The notes beneath the pieces were generated by a model that made no database searches, was not told the origin of the DNA, and saw only the letters and a program-made list of their open reading frames with translations. From contig NC_068988.1 of assembly GCF_001194135.2 (NCBI RefSeq), positions 81,154,956 through 81,190,096 of the forward strand: DNA of 35,141 nucleotides, in the 5' to 3' direction. Shown here piece after piece: positions 1 to 10,431 of this stretch (position 1 is its first letter; each line of letters begins with the position of its first letter). A program made the position numbers and the translations under genes. This stretch comes from Octopus bimaculoides. Taxonomy: Eukaryota.

Positions 1-345
1 AGCAAATATAAAGATCTTGAATTAGAAATTAGCAAAATGTGGAATCTGAAGACGAAAACAATACCTATTGTCATAGGTGCCCTGGGAATGACAGCGAAAC
101 GGGCTGATTACTACCTAGCTCAGATACCAGGAAACCCCAAAATGGCTGAAGTTCAAAAGACAGTGCTCATGGGAGCTGCCCATATCCTACGTAAAATACT
201 GTCTATGTGATCTCAAATTTTAAAACATTCTCTAGAACAACACTGTACAAATTCAAATATATGGTACCCTAGGTATAACATCTACATGAACTTCTAACTT
301 GTTGTCTCTTGAGGTCTCTGGGTGAGACTTGGATCCAACTTGTAC
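1..345 (+). mobile_element. 3' end of an RLE-type non-LTR retrotransposon (R4/Dong-like)
   Basis: Frame 1 reads SKYKDLELEISKMWNLKTKTIPIVIGALGMTAK...VQKTVLMGAAHILRKILSM* (stop 208-210). This is the typical KY.DL...PIVIGALG C-terminus of a restriction-like endonuclease, followed by a putative 3' UTR. Confidence 0.8.
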
Positions 346-974
346 AAAAGATCAATTTTATTTTCCTTCCCTTCAGGCCCAATAAAAATTGCTAATCAAG
401 GATCAACTTTACCATTAATGCTGTAAAGAGTGATTAATCAATTAATGTAATATACTAGATTAATTAAGTAATGTGATATACAATACACTAAGTAATGTAA
501 TATACTAATATATAGTAATATACTAGAGTCAATCAAATCAATTATAGTCTTTTCCACAACAGAAATCAACAAACTATTATTCTTCCAGAACTACACTGTA
601 GAAGCACCATTTTAACCATTCAATAAATACAAAAGAAATCTGTCTTTTCTTCAAATGATGAATCTTAGCAAAGATTTTTAGAGAGAAACTGTCTTATAAA
701 GTGAAATTGTTGTGAGGTTATAATCTTTAGGCAACATGTTTCAGTATTCCTTGTTTTTTACGACTTTGAGTTCAATCTTAAAAAACAATGCAAGTAACTC
801 TGATATACTGAAAACAACATTGGAGTCTTTATATGTTTTTTTTTCATCTGCTAGAAATAGCAGACAAATTTCTTTCAAATGATCCTGCCTCGTCCTTACA
901 CACACACATGCTACCATTGTCTTAATACAGAGACAACATATTAGATGAGGTGGTTCTAGGTACTCTTGAAAAGA

Positions 975-1052
975 GAGTATGATCATGGTTGGAACACCTT
1001 TCAAAACAAGCCTGCTTGACCATGGTTGACTTGGAGTTAAACAACAATAACA
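975..1052 (+). repeat. Fragment of an unclassified interspersed repeat (related copy at ~3925-4098)
   Basis: gatcatggttggaac...ggttgacttggagttaaacaacaa resembles gatcacagctggaat...ggctgacctggggttaaataacattaacaa at ~4029-4098. Confidence 0.5.
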
Positions 1053-1164
1053 AATCTACTATATCATCCCTTCACCACCACTCCAGCCCAGCCATAGCAA
1101 CTTAGGTCCAGAAAACAGTTATGATTATACCATTAAAGGAGAAATTGACAGAATTCAACAAATG

Positions 1165-1240
1165 GGAAGACTGCATCAAGCTCCATTGTCTGTTTTTGCA
1201 TGGTTTCTATGGCTGGATGCTTTTTCTAACACAACCACTA
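1165..1240 (-). repeat. RTE-type 3' tail fragment
   Basis: ggctggatgctttttctaacacaaccac matches the tail motif of the RTE copy at ~10552-10578. Confidence 0.55.
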
Positions 1241-1377
1241 TACTCATGTAGTAGGTGTTTTTTCTTTTTCATGTAGCTAGCACTAGTGAGACCACATAGT
1301 AACTTATAAATCAAAGGAAAAAATGAGCTCTCCAAAGAAGAAATAATTAACTCAGAATATTTGAATATTTTTGAAGT

Positions 1378-1685
1378 AAAGACCCCCTTCGGTCATGAAT
1401 GACCATAGGATTGCACCTAGAAAGTTCCCCTCTGAGGCACAAGTCCAGGCAAGGTTGTTTATGGAACACCAGCAGTCGCTCATGCATTCAAGACTTCCCT
1501 CTCTACACCACTGATGTCCAAGAGAAAGGCAGAGGCCACAACTCATTTCTATAGCTGAGTGAACTAGAGCAACATGAAAATAAAGTGTCTTGCTCAAGAA
1601 CATAACACACAACCCGGTCTAGGAAACAAAATTACAACTTCACAATTGTAAGCCCGATGCTCTAACCACTGAGCCATACACATTC
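1378..1685 (-). mobile_element. tRNA-derived SINE
   Basis: Reverse complement of gctctaaccactgagccat gives the A-box head atggctcagtggttagagc. Body motif aagtgtcttgctcaagaaca is SINE-like. Confidence 0.7.
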
Positions 1686-1920
1686 ATGATTCAGAATATT
1701 ACAGACATAATAAATATAAAATCACCTATGGCAATATCTCATGCCAGGACAGCAAAATACCAAAGAATCTGGAATAGGGTTACATGTTTCTGCAAGTGAA
1801 AAGATGGCACTAAATAGATCAATGGATGATGCATTTTCTGGTGTTTTATTTGGTAACCTATTTGATGCTGATATATTAGTGATGAGTCATATTTCAATGG
1901 GTTTACAGTTATTTTTGTAA

Positions 1921-2068
1921 GGTGGTTAGCATTAGGAAAGGCATCCATCTATAGAAACCATGTCAAAGCTGACATTCAACCTTGATGCTATTCTTTGGCT
2001 CATTAGATCCTGTTAAACTGTCCAACCTATGCCAGTATCAAAGAAGGATGTTAAATGATGATGATGAT
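1921..2068 (+). repeat. RTE-type 3' tail ending in (GAT)n
   Basis: ggttagcattaggaaaggcatcc...tccaacctatgccag...ttaaatgatgatgatga, the same tail as at 7315-7460. Confidence 0.7.
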
Positions 2069-2380
2069 TACTACACAACCTTCCTAATTCAATAGTTTGA
2101 ATAATTGGAAACATGACATGCAGAGTTATGATTCAAGAAGTTTCAACTTCTAATAAAATATACTTAGTCTACATACTGAGCTCTTTTTTTCTAGTTTGTA
2201 AACAAAAGTTTATGAATCCATACATATATGTATGTACATATTGCTTTCCAGCCTCATGGTTTTCTTAGTCTTATTGTATGGCACCTAGGGAAAGAGTTTT
2301 CTACTTTGGGCCCAAGCTAACCAAAGCTTTGTGAGTGGATGTGCACGCACGCACGCACGCACGCACACACACGCAGATGG

Positions 2381-2503
2381 GCTGAGGTTCACTACAGCTG
2401 TTTCAGACATGTTTTTTATTGATGAACATATCAGTTACATAATTGTAATTGATTTTTTCATCAATACAAAAACACATCTGAAACAGCTGTAGTGAACCTC
2501 AGC
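2381..2503. mobile_element. Palindromic MITE-like element (~123-nt hairpin)
   Basis: gctgaggttcactacagctgtttcaga... (from 2381) pairs with ...tctgaaacagctgtagtgaacctcagc (ends 2503). Arms are ~46 nt, with an inner atcagttaca/tgtaattgat stem. Confidence 0.75.
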
Positions 2504-2819
2504 GCTCTTATGTTATCATTTATACTACACCACACTCATAAACTTCCCTGTGTTAGATCTTGAGCCTAGAGTGGACCATGGACTGCATGCTGGAGTATAC
2601 TCTTGTAGGATTTTATGTATACATTAGGTGTATTTGGTATATATTTGTGGATGTATGCATAACTGGAAGGACAAATCCGTATATGCTTTAGTAAGTATAT
2701 GAGTATCTATACACACTGCTAATTTACAGGTATGCTATCCTTGACTTTACCTTGGTGCTTTTGTTATTAAAATACCTCGATTCTATTAGATCCTGAAAAT
2801 AGTTATATATATATATATA

Positions 2820-3065
2820 TGTTTATGTGTATGTATTATGTATGTGTCTCCTTGTCATAACATCGCGTGGTAGTTTCAAATGAGTGTCACTTTCATACAA
2901 GCACTGTTATACATTTCCAATATTTTGTGAAAGCAAGTCTAGCCATGGGAAATATCATCATCGTGTTTGGAAATACGTAAGGACTGGTGAGGAATGGCAT
3001 CTGACTGTTAAAGGTCTGTCTCAATCTAACCCATGCAAGCATGGGTAAGTGGAAGTGAAAACAAT
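2820..3065 (+). mobile_element. Degenerate SINE body with RTE-derived tail (head fragment at ~2240-2340)
   Basis: Similar to the 33620-33850 segment (gggaaata...ttggaaa...aagga.tggtga..gaa.ggcatc...ccatgcaagcatgg). Confidence 0.55.
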
Positions 3066-3411
3066 TGTCATGATATGTATATCATTCAGCAAGTATATTG
3101 GCAAAGATGTGTCCATCAGGTGAGAAAACCGAAAAATAGATGCTTTTTTAACAAAGTGATACTTGTTCTGCATCAAGTTACAGACACTCCCGTGTCACTC
3201 TGCTTATCAGAAATACAATTAAACAGTGATTGGTTCATGAAGAATCTGTAACAATGACAGCAATGGTGACAAAAATTAAAGGCTTATTTTTCTAAAGGTT
3301 CTATTGGCTATGGTGCACTTAGAATAGTTCTTTCTGTTTGTTCAAACATCCAACCAGCCACAACAAGGATGATTGTTACCGAAACAAGATATATACAAAA
3401 TTACTACTTAC

Positions 3412-3636
3412 GAATATGCATCAGTAGCTCTCAATGGAGTATTTTCATAACCAATTGGACACAAGAAATGTTTCTCACAGTGGTAAATATAGGCTGTCTG
3501 CTTACTTTTCAGTCCTTTCTTGAGTAAAGCAAGAGCATAATCTTCTTTTAAGTTTGTTGCATCAGTACCTTGCAGTTTTAAGAACACACAGCCACGACCC
3601 GCAACCTCAAAATGTTCATTTAGTTTTTGAAATGAT
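3412..3636 (-). CDS. BIVM: BIVM-like protein, internal coding exon (225 nt, phase 2 to 2)
   Basis: Acceptor ttgtttttgtttttatttcag, donor TC|gtaagt. Reads SFQKLNEHFEVAGRGCVFLKLQGTDATNLKEDYALALLKKGLKSKQTAYIYHCEKHFLCPIGYENTPLRATDAY versus recalled human WFRQINDHFHVKG...[33 protein letters not shown]. Confidence 0.95.
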
Positions 3637-3690
3637 CTGAAATAAAAACAAAAACAATTTTTATATTAACACAATGAGGGAGCCATAGGG

Positions 3691-3905
3691 CAGGGGTTCT
3701 CAACTGGGGTCCATATAAGATCTTGTTAAATTTATGCGCAATATATTGGTTATATTTCTACAGCACACAAAATATTTTGTTTTTTTATACAATTATTTAA
3801 TTAAAAAAATACACTAAGATTTTTTTTGTTCATATACAGTGAATAGTATGGGTCCATTCGAGTTAAATAGGAATCAAAGGGGTCCATAGGTAAGAAATGG
3901 TTTGG
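3691..3905. mobile_element. hAT (Charlie-like) MITE, right end eroded
   Basis: Begins caggggttctcaac, a hAT-type terminus, with internal ggggtccat repeats at both ends. Confidence 0.55.
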
Positions 3906-4112
3906 GAGGTTACATAATCTAATACAAAAAGCAGCTAAATTCCCTCAAGCTACACAGTAACATCTTAAAAAATAGAAGGACACAATTTGGAAAGCTGCCT
4001 TGGATGAATTGTCTAAAAATAATAAGAGATGATCACAGCTGGAATATTTTGATCAGTCTTCTCAATCAGGGCTGACCTGGGGTTAAATAACATTAACAAA
4101 CACCATCAATTT

Positions 4113-4114
<2 letters not shown>

Positions 4115-4149
<35 letters not shown>
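4115..4149. repeat. (GA)n microsatellite
   Basis: Direct inspection. Confidence 0.98.
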
Positions 4150-4152
<3 letters not shown>

Positions 4153-4769
4153 ATTGGACTGACAGAACTTGTTTGTATTGATCCAGACCCTACCCACTTC
4201 TGGCCATCAAAAGAATAAACGCGTAAAGTAAACTCTTGCAGGATTTGAAATCAAAACATAGACATATAAATCTAAATACAGTAATGTATTCATCATTTTC
4301 TCTACTCACTACAGAAGTGACTAATTTTGGTTTGTTTGAACATGTATGTGCTTTTAGGGGAGAGAAAAATAGGAAGTTGGAATGTTCATGCCTTTCCCAA
4401 ACATATTAGGAAGTTAGGTAAAGTGACACCCACTGAGAATTAAAACCATATTGCTTTCACAACACTGCCACTTACCACTAAAGAGCTAATTAAATAATAG
4501 ATTGATAGTTGATGAAAGAATTAGACCATCAAAGTAATACCTTTTGGTGTTTACTTAATTCCCTTTATATTCTGAGTTCAAATCATGCAGAAGATGATTT
4601 TACTTTCCATCTCCCCAGAACAAATTAATAAGTACCAGTTATATACTGGGACTAGAGTTACAAGCCTGTACCTCTTCTTTAAAAATGAGTGGCTTTGTTA
4701 TCAATATTAGACATGGATATTCATATTAATAATCTTTATAACTGGTTGAAATTTTACATCCTTAGTTTA

Positions 4770-5290
4770 AAAGAGGTAGTCATGGTACTAGGACAACATT
4801 CTGCACCACACGTGATGACATCCAGTATCCTGCAGGGATCTGTTCTTGGTCCCCTGTTATTTGCTGCAGACATTAATAAAATAGATGCCAACTTAAAATA
4901 TGCTACCGTGTTAAAATACACAGATGGCATTAAACTGTCCTTGAGATAAAAAAAAAAAAAAGGGATCCTACATTCTATTAGATCTTTCCCGTATTCAGAT
5001 CTAGACAAAATGCAGCAATGGATTGCTGACTGGCAACTCAAGTTGGCTGTAGACAAGTGCACCACTATACATTTTAGGACCCCCCCCCCCTGAAATTTAC
5101 CAACTTCTTTCACACCAATTTTAAGAAGCTTCCTCTTAATGTAACCTAGGCATTATTATCAACAATAATCTACTTTGGATGAAAACATTGCTAAAAATCA
5201 TCAAAAGAGGCCAAAATATCTTAGCATCTATTCAGTAAGACTTTTATCAGCCACTCACTAGCTATCTATTTAAAGTTATAGAGGTATCAA
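4770..5290 (+). mobile_element. CR1/Jockey-group LINE reverse transcriptase relic
   Basis: VMTSSILQGSVLGPLLFAADIN...LKYTDGIKL corresponds to the PQGSVLGPLLF and FADD motifs; frameshifted downstream. Confidence 0.8.
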
Positions 5291-5329
5291 ATTGCTGAAC
5301 CAGATCATGAAAGTTACAGAGTAATAGCC

Positions 5330-7460
5330 CAATTGATAAGAAACAGTGTTTGACTTGATGAGATGTAGTTTGTGCCAGGGAGAACTACTACTGATGTCAT
5401 CTTCCTGATGGGACAGCTGCAGAAGTATTTAGCTAAGAACGAACCGTTGTATTTGGCATTTGTTGACCTGAAGAAAGACTTTGACTGAGTCCCTGATTTG
5501 ATGATACAATGGTCTTTGAGGAAGCTAGGGATAGATTAATGGCTTGTGAAAGCTATACAAATCATATACAGGGGTGCTGTCAGTAAGGTGAGAGTTAACC
5601 ACGAATTACAGAGACAGATTTAATGTGCAGGTAGACATTCACCAGGATTTGGTTTTCAATCCCCTCCTATTTATCATTGTCCTTCAGGCCATTACAGAGA
5701 ACTTTAAAACTGGTTACCCCTGAGAATACTGTATTCTGATGATTTCGCTCTTACGGTGGAATTTGTAACAAAATTAGAAAAGAAATTTCAAGTGTGGGAG
5801 CAAAACTTGGAATTGAAGGATCTAAAAGTTAACTTACCAAAGACCAAAGTTCTAGTAAGTAAGAAAACAGTCAGGATTCTACTCACTTCAGGTAAATGGA
5901 TCTATTTGATATGTCAGAGAGGTGTAAGCAGGATTTCCATACAGTATAGACAGAGTATGCTATGGACACACAAGAGGTGCAGTAGAATCTCATGAAGGCT
6001 GAAGAAGAGAATAGTGTTTGTGCATAGAAGATGCACAAGGGCCATAAAGACTAATTATCCAAGTGAAACTGATTTTCTCAAATGCTGTGAAGGCTCCCTA
6101 GAGGAAGGGGATAGCTTCTGTTACCTAGGTGACCTAATTAGAAGTGGAGGAGGATGTTCAGAAAGTGTAGTTGCTTGAATAAGAATAAGATGGAGGAAAT
6201 TCAGAAAGTTATTACCTCTGTTGGCATCAAAAAGTCTCTCTCTCCCCAAGTGAAGGGCAGATTGTATGATACTTGCATACAAACAGCAATGCTGCATGCT
6301 GGTGAGACATGGATTGTGAATGCAGAGGACATGCAAAGACTAAAGAGGAATGAAGCATGTCAGTGTGCATGAACGACAAAGTGTTAATGTACTGAGAAAA
6401 AAATTAGGCATAAGACAAATCAGATGTAGTGTGCAAGAGAAACGACTGCACTGGTTTGATCATGTGATGTGTATGGATAGGGGCAGTCACATAAAGAAGT
6501 GCTGATTACTTAAAGTGGATAGAACTTGAGGAAAAGGGAGACCCAGGAAAACATGGGGTGACATAGTGAAGACTGATCTCAAGACGCTGGACATTGGGGA
6601 GGAGGTGACAAAGGACTGAAATGATTATGGAGTGGCCCTGTCCCTCCTCTCTCAGCTCTGTCAAGTAGTTTACCTACACCTCATCCTCTAACAATCATTA
6701 CTTCTCTATTTAAGGGACGACATAGCTACTGTAATCATCTGAGCAGAGAATAGGCACATATTACATAGCCACTCCCCAGAACTACTTTCATTATTCATTA
6801 TCAACACTGCTCACACTATTTCCACTCATTAACTCTTTTTCTGTCTTCAGCTGTTGCTCTCTTCTGCCATACATCTCTTTTACCTGCTATCGCTCTCAAT
6901 GCCCTCTCACACCTACTATCACATCCCGCTTACTATAAATCCCTAAGCCACTTCCATATCTCGCACGATCGGTCGCCATTATGCATTTCTACACCCATCT
7001 TTCACCCCCCGCTATCCTCCAGTGATCTACTGTGTCTTGAGATAGTCTAGCATCCCACCACTACTTCCATCTCTCTAGCTTTCCAACTACTCAAACTTGT
7101 ATCTCTATTGCAAGTCATCTGGGCTTGTTCTTCCATCACACTCTGGCCTCCAACTACTTTCCCCACCTCCCATCTATGGTCGAGGAGGCTTTTTACTTTC
7201 CCACTTCTCTCCTTTCCTTTTTCCTATTCCTTTCTTTTCTTGCAAGTTACTTGGTAACCTTGGTAGTGCAGGTAGCACAAAAAAAAAAAAATGCACCCAG
7301 TATATTCTGTAAAGTGGTTGGCATTAGGAAGGGCATCAAGCTGTAGACCATGCCAAAGCTGACACTGAAGCTCAACATGGTTTTATGGCTTGCTGAATCC
7401 TGTCAAACCATCCAACCCATGCCAGCATGAAAAACAGACTTAAGTGAATATGATGACAAT
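5330..7460 (+). mobile_element. 5'-truncated RTE LINE with 3' UTR and tail
   Basis: FVPGRTTTDVIF, LYLAFVDLKKDFD, LKVNLPKTKVL, LYDTCIQTAMLHAGETW motifs with several stops and frameshifts. Tail ggttggcattaggaagggcatc...catgccagcatg at 7315-7460. Confidence 0.9.
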
Positions 7461-8089
7461 GGCTATGGTAGATCTTGCAGTCTGCATTTCCAGCTCAGAA
7501 CCTCCATCTTGGGTAGAATATTGATCTACTGGAAGCTATGATGAGACATGCAATCAGATAAGTATCCACTGTCAGTTACTTATACCTTGAAGGTATTGTT
7601 TCTTTGGGCACTGACATGATAAAGGGTCAATGTGTAACAGCTGACTTTGGCAGAATTTCACAAGATTATCCATTATCTTTCCAACAACTTCAGTCGCTTA
7701 TTGAATTCAAAACTCCTACCACTTGTAGACATACTTATAAAATTAGGAAAAAATCCACCAAGTTCCCGTGACATTTTAAAACCTCTTTTTTTTATGCACA
7801 AAACTGTTGAAGCATGAAGTAAACTACTTGTATCAGTTGTTAGTTGTCAGAACACTGTAGACTTCAAAAAGTTCCACTCTTCCCAAATTTCACCAACACT
7901 ATTCCTGGTGTACGAATGAACCTTTTCCTCTTTTATTCACTGTTACATCTTTTTGTTTTATGCTGTATACTTGATTTTTTGTTGTTCTCTTTTCCCTCTT
8001 TTAACCTCTTCTGATGAATTGTAGAGTATATGAGCTTTGTATGCAATAAGCTCATTATAATTATAGCAAAAGATGTCTTTCTCTGTTAA

Positions 8090-8122
<33 letters not shown>

Positions 8123-8237
8123 NNNNNNNNNNNNNNNNNNNNNNNNNNNNNNNNNNNNNNNNNNNNNNNNNNNNNNNNNNNNNNNNNNNNNNNNNNNNNN
8201 NNNNNNNNNNNNNNNNNNNNNNNNNNNNNNNNNNNNN
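8123..8237. other. Assembly gap (115 N)
   Basis: Run of N between a (TA)n tract and the BIVM-like exon. Confidence 1.
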
Positions 8238-8269
8238 TTAAAGCAACCTCTTGACTTACTGGATCACGT
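8238..8269 (-). CDS. BIVM: BIVM-like protein, 5' part of an internal exon truncated by the N gap
   Basis: Acceptor cagttccttttatttcag. In the phase-2 frame it reads (K)RDPVSQEVAL, matching recalled human (N)LPPITQEEAL, which is the expected next segment. Runs into Ns at 8237. Confidence 0.8.
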
Positions 8270-8432
8270 CTGAAATAAAAGGAACTGTAAATTAGCTTTT
8301 TATCATCACAGATAACAAGCAAAAATAATTTACTGATTTAGAAATGTTAGCGAAAAGGAAGTGCAAGAAATGAGATTTTTTGAGAAAACAACAATTTTTT
8401 TGAGAAAACAACAACATGCTGATATATATATA

Positions 8433-10330
8433 CTAGCAGAAATACCCAACGTTGCCTGGGTTAAAGAAAATAATGAAATTTAAAAACGCTGTCTAGATTA
8501 CACAGGTCTCAACTGCTAGTAGCTGATATACCAACTTTCTACATAACTCTGCAACTCATGCCAACACGGAACATAGACGTTAAGTGAAATGTGAAAAGAA
8601 AATTTTCAACTCATATATGTATATGAAATAAATACACATTTGTCCAACTTATTTCGTAGCCAAAAAAAGGTACAGATAATAAAACAATGAAAGGCCATAT
8701 GTAGAGTACACACACAAACAGACAGTGAATATATCATGTTATTGTTTCACTTTTATACACACAGATATACATTCACGCATGTCAGTCGAAACGTGGAAGT
8801 GTAATAGTAATACTTCAACACTCAATGGTTTTACACTTCTGTATATGACATGGACCTATGATTCATGTAAGTGCTTCTTCATATACTATGTTTTCTGTCT
8901 TGCCACGTTTATCACTGAGAATGTAGAAGTTCTTTTCATCTTGAAGTGTAGAACATCCAACATACAGCTGACCATGTGAGAAGCAAGGTTGAAGGAAGTT
9001 AAGTCCCACCACCTTTAGAGATTGACTTTGTGCTTTGTTGATAGACATTGCAAAGCTAAGTTTGACAGGAAACTGCAGTCTCTTGAACTGAAAGGGAAGA
9101 TCATTTGAAATGAGAGGTATCCTTGGAATAAAGACATTCTCAACCTTCATGTTGCCATGATGGAGAAGAGGTTTCTCAGCTGCATAGGAGACTTGCACAT
9201 TTGTGCCTCTGTCAGAGTGCATCCCAGTGTGCCTCATCTTCCAGAAGACCTCTGAGATGGTAAGCCTGGCGATATGTTTGACATACTGTGTTATCAACCA
9301 TATGTAAGGCTGTAAATGATGTGGGTCCCTTGACCCTTAGATAGTAGCACTCTGAGTAGCTGGGATGGACAACATAGACTCTGCCGAGTGTGTCTGATTT
9401 CTTGATTTCTAGATGATGTATGGGTGCTCCAAGTGTACATCTTTTCCATTTGATTTAGTTCCAGGTATAGAATTGTGGAACTTGATTGTATAGCAGTCTT
9501 GAAGCTACTTCATCATCTTGACAGAGATTGAAGAATGCTGTGAGTGTGATATTTTTAGGAGCTTCCATTTGTCTCTGAGATGGAGGACAATGTCATGCTT
9601 GTCATGTTCTTGCCCAACAAGAAACACAGCTATTTCATTTGCTGTTGGCCTCTTAAACCTCCCTTCATGTTGACCAGATGGTTTCTTGTCTAATCTGATA
9701 ACTACCTTGTAATCCATGGTGTCAGGTAGAATTGTTTCAAGTGCAATCTTGAAGCTTCTGATCAGGTTGTTGTTATGCAGCATCTTTTGCAGAGACACTA
9801 CAATGTTCATCCTGATGCCAGAAGTGTTCTTGCACCTCTCTTGCCCTTTTTGATGAGAATCACCCATAAAATACATTTGAAGGAATTTTGGTGATTCATT
9901 TGACAGAGGTAGTAGAGAGCCAATCCAATGATAAATCTGACCTCGGACCTTGAAAGTTTGCATGTGGCTCCAAATGATGTCATCTGTAGTGCAGCATTGT
10001 ACTGTCTAGTTTTGTTTTGGAAGTGCTTGGAATCTTGGTCAGTTGATGACAACAGTTTCTTCAATGTCGCTGAAGGTCGGGGGATTGCAGGGAGTTTAAC
10101 CTTTCCAACACTGCAGCACAGTGCAGGTGTCTCCCCAGACTACTTCTTGAAGTCAATATTTCAAAAACTTTCAAAGGTGTGAATGTAATATAAAAAGCAA
10201 TATTTTTTTATTTTTTATAATTTTTAATAAAAAAAAAAAATCAAATAAACAGCGTATTATTTGTCTGAGGTCAGACTGTTTATGCATCACAAGAATGAAA
10301 GCAATTGGTGATGCTGTATTCGCGTGAAAA
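8433..10330 (-). mobile_element. Internally deleted Helitron with intact 3' terminus
   Basis: Rep N-region (YNAALQMTSFG; TFKVRGQIYHWIGSLLP; PTANEIAV), linker (LGRVYVVHP..ECYYL; VKGPTSF; GLLEDEAHWD) and Pif1 helicase C-terminus (KRLQFPVKLSFAMSINKAQ; FSHGQLYVG). 3' end acccaggcaacgttgggt hairpin followed by atttctgCTAG|T at 8433. The 5' boundary is approximate. Confidence 0.92.
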
Positions 10331-10356
10331 GTGAATATGCACACAAATCTATATCT

Positions 10357-10414
<58 letters not shown>

Positions 10415-10431
10415 CTATATATATATACATA

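Noticed and set aside
741-1004. 87-aa ORF
   Set aside because: Runs through a repeat fragment and (CA)n, with no recognisable motif or splice support.
1726-1789. Minus-strand exon candidate (acceptor tcttttcacttgcag, donor ag|gtgatt) as the next BIVM exon
   Set aside because: The required phase-2 frame hits a stop immediately, and the open frame shows no convincing match to the expected EYWILIGE...HP..HC..W segment.
2751-2792. 42-nt minus-strand exon candidate (DLIESRYFNNKSTK)
   Set aside because: Open only as phase 0-0, incompatible with the phase-2 donor at 3412, and no BIVM similarity.
8260-8269. Constitutive 10-nt micro-exon
   Set aside because: Reading through the GT gives a BIVM-matching peptide (RDPVSQEVAL), and 10 nt would break the frame. 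Kept only as a possible cryptic donor.
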